NCBI GenBank assembly: GCA_947632405.1
Contig: CANRPE010000005.1
Coordinates: 1 to 46,711, forward strand
DNA from: an uncultured Bacilli bacterium
Lineage (GTDB): Bacteria; Bacillota_I; Bacilli_A; RF39; UBA660
DNA length: 46,711 nucleotides
Reading direction: 5' to 3'
Shown: positions 9,488 through 17,808 of the stretch, in pieces
Position numbering within the stretch: the stretch's first letter is position 1
How the letters are laid out: each line of letters begins with the position of its first letter
Made by a program: the position numbers and the translations under genes
Notes under the pieces: generated by a model
Database searches by the model: none
What the model saw: only the letters and a program-made list of their open reading frames with translations
Told to the model about the DNA's origin: nothing

Positions 9488-11473
9488 ATGTCTAAAAATA
9501 GAAGTGAAAGAAATAGAGAATTACTAATAAAATATTTCAAAGAAGAAAATCGTACTTCTCAAAAAGAATTTGAAAGATTATTATTAGAAGATGAGGGCAA
9601 AACATTAGAATCTTCACTTCTTTCTTTTATATATGATGAAATTGATAATATTATATATGCTAATGACATTAATTACTTATTTAAAGCCATTCGTTATTTA
9701 GGAATATTAACTGAAAAATATCCAAATTTGAATCGAGATAAAATTAAAAGAAAATTAAAGAAGACAGTTGAAAAAATAGATAGATTAAAAGAAAACAAAA
9801 AAAATGAATTTTATTCAGTAAAAAAAGTCAAAAATAGAATTAAAAGAATTAATGATTTAATCTATGATTTAAATCAACAACTAGATATTAAACAAAATAA
9901 ATATTATGATTTACTAGCGTATTTTATATTTCAAATTAAAAATATTGAACAAATAGAAGAAATATTAAAAATGTTTCCTTATGTTGTCAATGCTAAGAAA
10001 ACAAATAAAAATGGTTCTATGAATTCTATCTTTTTTCAAGTCTTAAATCAATATATTAGTGAAATTATTAATTATACTTATTTAGATGAAAATGAAGATA
10101 TTTTATATTATAAAAATATTATTTCTCTTTTTTATAGTAAAAAAGAATTTGAATTTGAAAATTTTGAAAAAATAGAAATTTTAAATTTAATTTATGCTAA
10201 TATTTATACACTTTCATCAAAGAAATCTGATCATAGAACAAAATTAGCATTATTAACAGAATTAAAAGATATTATAAAACAAGAAAATGAAAAAAAGACA
10301 ATTACTAATATCGCAAAATATTATAATATTAAAGTAGATTTTAGTGATTATTTAATAGAACAATTAAATATGTATCAAACTTCATATAGTAAAAGGGTTT
10401 ATCCTAATAGAAAAATAGTTGATGATTATATGATTACTATAGATAGTAAAGGAGCAATAGAAATAGATGATGGTTTAACTGCAAAAAAGCTTCCTAATGG
10501 TAATTATCTAATAGGAGTTCACATTGCTAGTGTTTTAGGTTATTTGCCATATTATTCTGATCTTGTTACAGAAGCAATTTCTAGGGGTAGTAGTATTTAT
10601 AATAACAATATAAGTAAAAGAAAAAATGATGACTATATAAATGTAATTCCAATTTTTCCATATAATTTTTCTGCAAGAGATGCTTCTTTTATTGAAAATG
10701 AAAAACGTCTTGCTAATTCATATTTTTTTGAAATAGATAATAAAGGTAATATTGTTAATGAATCATTTCAAAAAACAATTGTTACAAATAATAGAAAGTG
10801 TAGTTATCAAGAAATAAATAAAATTTTAGATGGAGGAGGGAGTTATTCTGATAATCCAAGATTAGAACAGCTTGCTCATATGTTAGAAGAAATCATGTAT
10901 CTTTTAAATTGTAAACATGAACACTCAGAAATTTATTCAGCTTTAAAACAAAAATCTAATGACCCTGCTAATATTATTTCAGAAAATACTCAATCTGGTA
11001 AAATTGTTAGTCAAGCTATGATTTTAGTTGGCAATCGAGTAGCTGAGTGGTTTAAAGATCCTAGTAGAGACTATCCTTGCTTATTAAGAGTTCATGAAAT
11101 TGGTGATGAACTTACTAAATGTTTACAAAAAACAATTGAGGGATTTAAAGTACAGGCAGATAATAAAAAATTTGATTATTTATATGATTCTATAATGGGA
11201 ATTTATCCAAAAGCACATTATGATTTAGAGGGAAGACATGAAGGTTTAAATTTAGATCATTATTGTCATATTACTTCTCCTTTAAGGCGGAGTGCTGATA
11301 TTGTAATGGAACATGCATTAGATGTTTGTTATTTCCAAAATCCAAATGATTATAAATTAGCTGAATTAGAAAAAAATTTAATGATGAATAAAAATATTAT
11401 TAATGCCCAAAATAATGCGATTAATTACTTTTTAGATGATTGTAAATTTCAAAAAAAATTGGAGCGAAAATGA
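9488..11473 (+). CDS. RNB-domain (RNase II/R family) exoribonuclease-like protein with an unknown N-terminal helical region
   Basis: ITIDSKGAIEIDDG active-site loop, GVHIA, HYCHITSPLRRSAD; no recognisable cold-shock or S1 domains. Confidence 0.8.
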   Translation: MSKNRSERNRELLIKYFKEENRTSQKEFERLLLEDEGKTLESSLLSFIYDEIDNIIYANDINYLFKAIRYLGILTEKYPNLNRDKIKRKLKKTVEKIDRLKENKKNEFYSVKKVKNRIKRINDLIYDLNQQLDIKQNKYYDLLAYFIFQIKNIEQIEEILKMFPYVVNAKKTNKNGSMNSIFFQVLNQYISEIINYTYLDENEDILYYKNIISLFYSKKEFEFENFEKIEILNLIYANIYTLSSKKSDHRTKLALLTELKDIIKQENEKKTITNIAKYYNIKVDFSDYLIEQLNMYQTSYSKRVYPNRKIVDDYMITIDSKGAIEIDDGLTAKKLPNGNYLIGVHIASVLGYLPYYSDLVTEAISRGSSIYNNNISKRKNDDYINVIPIFPYNFSARDASFIENEKRLANSYFFEIDNKGNIVNESFQKTIVTNNRKCSYQEINKILDGGGSYSDNPRLEQLAHMLEEIMYLLNCKHEHSEIYSALKQKSNDPANIISENTQSGKIVSQAMILVGNRVAEWFKDPSRDYPCLLRVHEIGDELTKCLQKTIEGFKVQADNKKFDYLYDSIMGIYPKAHYDLEGRHEGLNLDHYCHITSPLRRSADIVMEHALDVCYFQNPNDYKLAELEKNLMMNKNIINAQNNAINYFLDDCKFQKKLERK

Positions 11474-11550
11474 CATAAGTGTAAAGTAATATAAAAAAAT
11501 AAGTTGCTATTTTTTTAAATATGCGATATTCTTAAATTAAGGTAGGTGGA

Positions 11551-12285
11551 ATGATGAAAAAAAATAATAATTCAACAGTTGAAAAAAACAATAAAAAAAT
11601 TGTAGCTTTAGCTTTAGCATTAGTCTTATTGATAGGAGGAAGTTATGCATGGCTTCAGATAACTCTAAATGGTACTAAAACAGCTAGAATAGAAGCAGGA
11701 ACTTTAGCTGTAGATTTAGTAGATGAAACAGAAGGAATCAATATCGGAGCAGCATATCCAATGACTGATGAAAATGGACGTAATCCAGAAACAAATCCAA
11801 CATCATATAAATTTATATTAGAAAATACTGGTACAGTTGCAAGTTTATATACAGTTTATTTAGATAAACAAGCAATAGATACTTCTGCTGCATTCGATAT
11901 GCCATTAAATTTAGTAAAATGTCATATTACAAAAAAAGTTATGAAAAAAGTAGGAGAACGTGATAGTGTTGAACAAATAGAAGCAGAAAGTGGCGATGAC
12001 ACAAAACAAGATGAATATACAACAACAACAACATTAGAGGATATTAAAGGTTCTTCAGATGCTGAAGTTATTCTAGATTCTAGTGCAAAACATGAATCAA
12101 CTCCATTAGGTAAAGATGAATATGCACTATATGAAATAAGACTTTGGATTTCCGATGAAGCTAAAACAACAGATTTAAATAAATCTCAAGAAGACGGAAC
12201 AAAAAAATCTGCTGAATATTCAGGAAAATTAAGAATAGAAGCTACACAAACTGGTATTGAAGAAGACGAAGCATATTCTGAATAA
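11551..12285 (+). CDS. Secreted protein with SipW-type signal peptide (TasA/CalY-like)
   Basis: Basic N-terminus, hydrophobic ALALALVLLIGG, then SYAWL; IEAGTL and F-x-LENTG segments; acidic mature region. Confidence 0.6.
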   Translation: MMKKNNNSTVEKNNKKIVALALALVLLIGGSYAWLQITLNGTKTARIEAGTLAVDLVDETEGINIGAAYPMTDENGRNPETNPTSYKFILENTGTVASLYTVYLDKQAIDTSAAFDMPLNLVKCHITKKVMKKVGERDSVEQIEAESGDDTKQDEYTTTTTLEDIKGSSDAEVILDSSAKHESTPLGKDEYALYEIRLWISDEAKTTDLNKSQEDGTKKSAEYSGKLRIEATQTGIEEDEAYSE

Positions 12286-12292
12286 AAACAAT

Positions 12293-12320
12293 AAAAAGCA
12301 TGAAAATTGCTTTTTTTTTT
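12293..12320 (+). terminator. Intrinsic terminator
   Basis: AAAAAGCA...TGCTTTTT followed by a long T-run. Confidence 0.7.
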
Positions 12321-12338
12321 AATTTAATATTCAAGAGG

Positions 12339-12367
12339 TTGAAAAAAAATTTTTAATATGATACAAT
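12339..12367 (+). promoter_or_regulatory. Sigma-A promoter of the thrS leader
   Basis: TTGAAA-17 nt-TGnTACAAT (extended -10). Confidence 0.7.
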
Positions 12368-12380
12368 ATGTACATAAAAA

Positions 12381-12576
12381 CAGTGAGTGAGGACATGATT
12401 AAATTAGTTTCTTATTAGAGAGTTCATGGTTGGTGAAAATGAATTAAGAAAAATTTGATTACTACCTCATTAGTTGAATTATGAAAAGTAATTCCGGAAA
12501 AATATTTTCCGTTATCTAAATTAAGAAAATACTGGATGGTACCGTGTCTTAACACTCCAATAGTGGAGTGTTTTTA
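12381..12576 (+). ncRNA. T-box riboswitch (Thr) leader
   Basis: AGAGA bulge and GGTGA apical motifs; stem I base AGTGAGG/CCTCATT; T-box TGGTACC at 12537-12543; terminator AACACTCCA/TGGAGTGTT with T-run; lies directly upstream of thrS. Confidence 0.9.
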
Positions 12577-12595
12577 TTTCTAAGGAGGAAAAAAT

Positions 12596-14347
12596 ATGAT
12601 AAATATAAAAGAAAATGAAAAACTAAGTATTATGAATCATTCATGCGCCCATTTATTAGCTCAAGCTGTAAAGCATCTATATCCAAATGCTAAATTTTGG
12701 GTAGGACCAGTAATTGAAGAAGGCTTTTATTATGATATCGATTTAGGTGATGAAGTAATTCACGAAGAAGATTTACCTAAACTAGAAAAAGAAATGAAAA
12801 AAATATCTAAAGATGGTAAAAGAATTATTCGAGAAGAAATTACTAAGGAAGAAGCTTTAGAAAAATTTAAGAACGATCCATATAAACTTGACTTGATTTC
12901 ACGTATGAACGAAGATGAAACAATTATTAGTTGTTATAGTCAAGGTGACTTTACTGATTTATGTCGTGGACCACATGTAGATACAGTAAAAGAATTAAAA
13001 TACTTTAAACTTTTAAAAGTATCAGGAGCTTATTGGAAAGGTGATTCTAAAAATAAAATGCTTCAAAGAATTTATGGTATTTGTTTTGAAACAGAAGAAG
13101 ATTTAATTAAGCATTTAGAGGAATTGGAAGAAGCGAAATTAAGAGATCATCGTAAACTTGGAAAAGATTTAAAAATATTTATGATGCATGACTTAGTAGG
13201 TAAAGGTATGCCAATGTGGTTACCAAATGGAGCAATGATTAGATATCAATTAGAAAAATATATTAAAGATAAAGAAATTTCTTTAGGATATCAACATGTA
13301 TATACACCTAGTTTAGGAAGCGTTAATTTATATAAAACTTCAGGACATTGGGATCATTATCAAGAAGATATGTTTCCAAAAATGACTATTGATGATGAAG
13401 AATTTGTATTAAGACCAATGAATTGTCCTCATCATATGTTAATATTTAAAAATGAATTACATTCTTATCGTGATTTACCAATCAGAATAGGAGAACTTGC
13501 TCATGATTTTAGATATGAAGCAAGTGGAGCTGTTTGTGGTTTAGAACGAGCAAGATGTATGTGTCAAAATGATGCTCATATCTTTTGTAGTTTGAATCAA
13601 GTAGGAGAAGAATTTGCAAATGTTGTAAAACTAATTTTAGACGTTTATCAAGATTTTGGTTTCAAAGATTATTCTTTTCGTTTATCATTGCGTGGTGAAG
13701 AAAAAGAAAAATACTTTGATGATGATGAAATGTGGGATAAAGCAGAAAATATGTTAAGACAAGTATTAACGGATTTAAAATTAGATTTTTACGAAGCTGA
13801 GGATGAAGCTGCTTTTTATGGACCAAAACTTGATGTTCAAGTAAAATCAGCTATTGGACATGATGTAACATTATCTACATGTCAATTAGATTTTCTTCTT
13901 CCAGAAAGATTTGATTTAACATATATAAATGAACAAGGAGAAAAAGTAAGACCTGTTGTTATTCACCGTGCTATTTTAGGTACCTTAGATCGTTTTACAG
14001 CATTTTTACTAGAAGAAACAAAAGGTGTCTTACCATTATGGCTTGCTCCAACTCAAGTAAAAGTAATTCCTGTTTCTAGTGAGCACCATAGTGAATATGC
14101 CAAAAAAGTAACAGATGAATTAAGAAAAAATAATATTCGTGCAGTATTAGATGAACGAAATGAAAAACTAGGCTATCGTTTGAGAGAAGCTCAAACAGAA
14201 AAAATACATTATACCTTAATTTTAGGAGATCAAGAACAAGAAAAAAATACAGTAAGTTATCGTTTATATAGTCAAAAAGATACTACTACAGTTAAATTAG
14301 ATGAATTTATTGCTAAAATTAAAGAAGAAATTGAAAATAAATATTAA
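12596..14347 (+). CDS. thrS: Threonine--tRNA ligase (short form without the N-terminal TGS domain)
   Basis: HSCAH and DLCRGPH editing motifs, RDHRKLG, PMNCPHH, AAFYGPK, IHRAILG. Confidence 0.98.
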   Translation: MINIKENEKLSIMNHSCAHLLAQAVKHLYPNAKFWVGPVIEEGFYYDIDLGDEVIHEEDLPKLEKEMKKISKDGKRIIREEITKEEALEKFKNDPYKLDLISRMNEDETIISCYSQGDFTDLCRGPHVDTVKELKYFKLLKVSGAYWKGDSKNKMLQRIYGICFETEEDLIKHLEELEEAKLRDHRKLGKDLKIFMMHDLVGKGMPMWLPNGAMIRYQLEKYIKDKEISLGYQHVYTPSLGSVNLYKTSGHWDHYQEDMFPKMTIDDEEFVLRPMNCPHHMLIFKNELHSYRDLPIRIGELAHDFRYEASGAVCGLERARCMCQNDAHIFCSLNQVGEEFANVVKLILDVYQDFGFKDYSFRLSLRGEEKEKYFDDDEMWDKAENMLRQVLTDLKLDFYEAEDEAAFYGPKLDVQVKSAIGHDVTLSTCQLDFLLPERFDLTYINEQGEKVRPVVIHRAILGTLDRFTAFLLEETKGVLPLWLAPTQVKVIPVSSEHHSEYAKKVTDELRKNNIRAVLDERNEKLGYRLREAQTEKIHYTLILGDQEQEKNTVSYRLYSQKDTTTVKLDEFIAKIKEEIENKY

Positions 14348-14366
14348 AATGAAGTAGGGTGGTTTT

Positions 14367-15971
14367 ATGAATAAGAAAAAATATTATTATCAACAAATAG
14401 AAACAAATAAGATATCAAAAATAAAAATGATTGAAAGTATAAAAGAATTATTACATAAAAATAAACTTTCAAAAGCTCTAGCTACTGTTGATAGATATTT
14501 AGAGGATTATCCAAATGATCCATATGGTTTATTTCAACATGCTAATATTTTATTATTACTTGGTTATATTGATGAAGCTAAAAAAGAATTTTTAAATATT
14601 GTTGAACAAAATTTAGATACTAAATATAGTTCTTTATATAAACTTGGAGTAATTGCTAAACAAGAAAATGATTATGATTTAGCATGTAAATACTTTAGAC
14701 AAAATATAGAAGAAAGCCCTTATGCTGAAATATTTTCTATAATAGAATTATCTAATATTGTAATATATCAAAAAAACGATGTAGAAGAAGCATTAGCTGT
14801 TTTATATAAATATTCTGATATGAAGGATGAAAATATTTTATTGCAAAAAGCTAATATTCTAATTCATTTTGGAAATTGTATAGATGCATATGAGGTTATA
14901 ACTAAGGAATTATCTTTAGAAAATACTGAGAATAAACTTAATGAAAAACAAAAATATTACTATTATAGGATTAAAGGAATTAGTGAATTCTATTTAAAGA
15001 AATATGATGATTCTATTAAGTCTTTATCAACTTCTCTTTCTTATTGTAGTAATAATGATTATTGTTCTATAACTATAAAACAATATATTGCACAGTCATA
15101 TTATAAATTAAGAGATTTTAAATCTACTATTGAAATATGCAATGAAATTATTCAATTTGGTGAGTCAAATAGTGTAGGAGAATCTTATAAATTGTTAGGA
15201 AACGTTTATAAAGATTTAGGTTATTATGATGAAGCAGAAACAAGTTATAACTATAGTGAAAAATCAAATATAAATTTAGCTAATTTAAATATGTTAAGAA
15301 AAAATTATGAAGAAGCAGTTACTAATCTTACCGAGTATATTGATAAAAATGAAAATAATAAAAAAATAAGTTCTATTTATTTAAGAAGGTCTATATTATA
15401 TTTTAAATTAGGTGAAATAAAAAAAGCTAATTCAGATTTTAATCATATAATTAAAAGAAGACTAAGTAAAAAAGATAAAGAACATTATGAAGCATTAAAA
15501 ACAAATTTAGATTTTAAAAATACAGGTAAAATAAATTCAGATAATTATGAATTAAATCAATTATTAAATTATAGTTTCGAGGCATTAAAATCACAATTAC
15601 AACAGCAATATCTATATCAAAATGATAAGTCAACTTATTTTAATCAAAATATTGATTTTGATGAATTAATCTGTCAAATTCCTGAACTTTTAGATAAAGC
15701 AAAAATCGTGGAAAATGTTTTTTATGAAGTTTATGAAGTACCTTATGAAAATATTGGTTATGTAGATGGAGAAAAGTCTGATACTTTGGGAATTAAAGTA
15801 TTTCCAGATACTAAAAAAGTATATATGATGTATCCTATCAAAAGTAAAAATATATATGATATGGATAAATCTACAGAAAAGTTAAAAAATATGTCGAAAT
15901 CTAAAGTTTATGAACAAAAATCAAGAGTTGATAAATTTAATCAAAAATATGGTCTTAAGAGTGAAATTTAA
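14367..15971 (+). CDS. Tetratricopeptide-repeat protein with an uncharacterised C-terminal domain
   Basis: Repeated helical TPR-like patterns (LLGYIDEAKKEF, YKLGVIA, LLGNVYKDLGYYDEAETSY). Confidence 0.7.
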   Translation: MNKKKYYYQQIETNKISKIKMIESIKELLHKNKLSKALATVDRYLEDYPNDPYGLFQHANILLLLGYIDEAKKEFLNIVEQNLDTKYSSLYKLGVIAKQENDYDLACKYFRQNIEESPYAEIFSIIELSNIVIYQKNDVEEALAVLYKYSDMKDENILLQKANILIHFGNCIDAYEVITKELSLENTENKLNEKQKYYYYRIKGISEFYLKKYDDSIKSLSTSLSYCSNNDYCSITIKQYIAQSYYKLRDFKSTIEICNEIIQFGESNSVGESYKLLGNVYKDLGYYDEAETSYNYSEKSNINLANLNMLRKNYEEAVTNLTEYIDKNENNKKISSIYLRRSILYFKLGEIKKANSDFNHIIKRRLSKKDKEHYEALKTNLDFKNTGKINSDNYELNQLLNYSFEALKSQLQQQYLYQNDKSTYFNQNIDFDELICQIPELLDKAKIVENVFYEVYEVPYENIGYVDGEKSDTLGIKVFPDTKKVYMMYPIKSKNIYDMDKSTEKLKNMSKSKVYEQKSRVDKFNQKYGLKSEI

Positions 15972-15996
15972 AAGATGAAAATTCACTCTTTTTTTT
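15957..15996 (+). terminator. Intrinsic terminator after the TPR gene
   Basis: AAGAGTGAA...TTCACTCTT stem plus T-run. Confidence 0.6.
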
Positions 15997-16086
15997 GTCA
16001 ATAAATGTAAAAATGTTTTAAATTATAAAAAAAATTAAATTTATAATTTACATACTATATAAATTGAGGTAATATATATTTAAGCA

Positions 16087-16110
16087 GTGGTTAATTGTGG
16101 TAGAAAGTGG
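16087..16110 (+). promoter_or_regulatory. MraZ binding repeats
   Basis: GTGG-N6-GTGG-N6-GTGG at 16087, 16097 and 16107, immediately upstream of mraZ. Confidence 0.8.
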
Positions 16111-16118
16111 GGGATTTT

Positions 16119-16556
16119 ATGTTCATGGGTGAGTATCATCATAGTATTGATGATAAAAATAGACTTATTATTCCTTCTAAATTTCGTGAAGAATTAGGGG
16201 AAGAATTTATTATTACCCGCGGTATTGAAAATTGTCTATTTGTCTATTCAAAAGATGATTGGCAAAAAATAGTTACCAAACTAGAATCACTACCATTTAC
16301 AAAGAAAGATGCACGTAATTTTATTCGTTTCTTTCTATCAGGTGCTACTGTTGCAGAATTTGATAAACAAGGACGTGTCAATATTTCCTCACCATTAGTA
16401 AGTTACTCAAATTTAGAAAAAGAATGTGTCATAATCGGTGTAGGTAATCGACTTGAAATTTGGTCTAATAAAAATTGGGACGATTTCTTCAATTCTGCAA
16501 AAGATAATATGTCCGATATTGCTGAGAATTTGTTTGACGGGAGTCTAGATTTATAA
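16119..16556 (+). CDS. mraZ: Division/cell wall cluster transcriptional regulator MraZ
   Basis: MFMGEYHHSIDDKNRLIIPSKFR, DKQGRV, IGVGNRLEIW; ATG at 16119 preferred. Confidence 0.97.
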   Translation: MFMGEYHHSIDDKNRLIIPSKFREELGEEFIITRGIENCLFVYSKDDWQKIVTKLESLPFTKKDARNFIRFFLSGATVAEFDKQGRVNISSPLVSYSNLEKECVIIGVGNRLEIWSNKNWDDFFNSAKDNMSDIAENLFDGSLDL

Positions 16557-17479
16557 TGCATATTAGTGTTTTATTAGAAGAAGTAATTAAAGTTTTAGAC
16601 TTAAAAGATGACAGTATTGTAGTAGATGCAACTTTAGGATATGGAGGACATAGTAGTGAAATTTTAAAAAGAATAAAAAATGGGAAACTATTCGCCTTTG
16701 ACCAAGATAGTGAAGCGATTGAATATAGTACCAATTTTTTAAAACAGATTGGTACTAACTTCACTATCATTAAAAGCAATTTTGTTCATTTAAAAGAAAA
16801 ATTAAATGAACTAGGAGTTAAGCAAGTTGATTGTGTTTTATTTGATTTAGGCGTATCTTCTCCACAACTTGATCAAAAAGAACGTGGATTTAGTTATCAT
16901 CAAGATGCAAAGCTTGATATGCGAATGGATCAATCACAAAAATTTTCTGCTTATGATGTCGTTAATTTTTATTCAAAAGAAGAACTTGCTAATATTTTTT
17001 CTAAATATGGTGAAAGTAAATTTGCTAGAAACATTGCTAAAAAAATAGTAGAGTATCGCGAAAATAAAAAAATTGAAACAACTCTAGAACTTGTTGAAAT
17101 TATAAAAACAGCAGTACCTATGAAATTTAGAATAGATAAACATCCTGCAAAACAAATATTTCAAGCGATTCGTATTGAAGTTAATCATGAATTAGAAGTT
17201 ATAACTCCAGCTTTAACTTCAGCATTAGAAATGCTTAATATTGGAGGAAAAGTTGCAGTTATAACATTTCATTCCTTAGAAGATAGATTAGTAAAAAAAC
17301 TATTTCAAAAATATACTGAAATAGATCCAAAATTAAAAGGTTTACCAAATATTCCTAAAAATTATTTACCAGATTATAAATTAGTAGTTCATAAAGCTAT
17401 TGTTCCAACAGAAAAAGAACTTGCCACTAATAATAGGGCACATAGTGCAAAACTACGAGTTATTGAAAGAATAAAATAA
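16556..17479 (+). CDS. rsmH: 16S rRNA m4C1402 methyltransferase RsmH
   Basis: HISVLL, DATLGYGGHS, DLGVSSPQLD, FQAIRIEVN, FHSLEDR, SAKLR. Confidence 0.98.
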   Translation: MHISVLLEEVIKVLDLKDDSIVVDATLGYGGHSSEILKRIKNGKLFAFDQDSEAIEYSTNFLKQIGTNFTIIKSNFVHLKEKLNELGVKQVDCVLFDLGVSSPQLDQKERGFSYHQDAKLDMRMDQSQKFSAYDVVNFYSKEELANIFSKYGESKFARNIAKKIVEYRENKKIETTLELVEIIKTAVPMKFRIDKHPAKQIFQAIRIEVNHELEVITPALTSALEMLNIGGKVAVITFHSLEDRLVKKLFQKYTEIDPKLKGLPNIPKNYLPDYKLVVHKAIVPTEKELATNNRAHSAKLRVIERIK

Positions 17480-17491
17480 GGAGAGATTAAT

Positions 17492-17794
17492 ATGAAAAAA
17501 ACAGTTAAAAAACATTTAAAAATGTCTAAAGGAGAAAGAATTTTATATACTTTAGCAATATTTTTATTGTTACTATCTCCAATTTCAATTGTTTTTTCAA
17601 AAGCTACTTTAGCTAAAGTTAATTTTGAAGTAGAAAAACAAAAAAAGGCTATTGAAATTCAAGAAAAAACAAATGAAAGTATTTCAATGACTATTGATGA
17701 GTTAGCATCACTAACAAAAATACAAGAGGTTGCATTAGAACAAGGTTTGAGTTATAATGATAATAATATTAGAATAATTACAGAAGATAATTAG
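17492..17794 (+). CDS. ftsL: Cell division protein FtsL
   Basis: Small bitopic protein with a coiled coil between rsmH and a class B PBP. Confidence 0.85.
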   Translation: MKKTVKKHLKMSKGERILYTLAIFLLLLSPISIVFSKATLAKVNFEVEKQKKAIEIQEKTNESISMTIDELASLTKIQEVALEQGLSYNDNNIRIITEDN

Positions 17795-17808
17795 GATGGG
17801 ATATATAT

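Noticed and set aside
12596-12700. ThrRS lacks the N-terminal TGS domain
   Set aside because: Short ThrRS forms are known in reduced Firmicutes and Mollicutes, and the editing motifs are intact.
16489-16779. 96-aa minus-strand ORF
   Set aside because: Antisense shadow of mraZ/rsmH.
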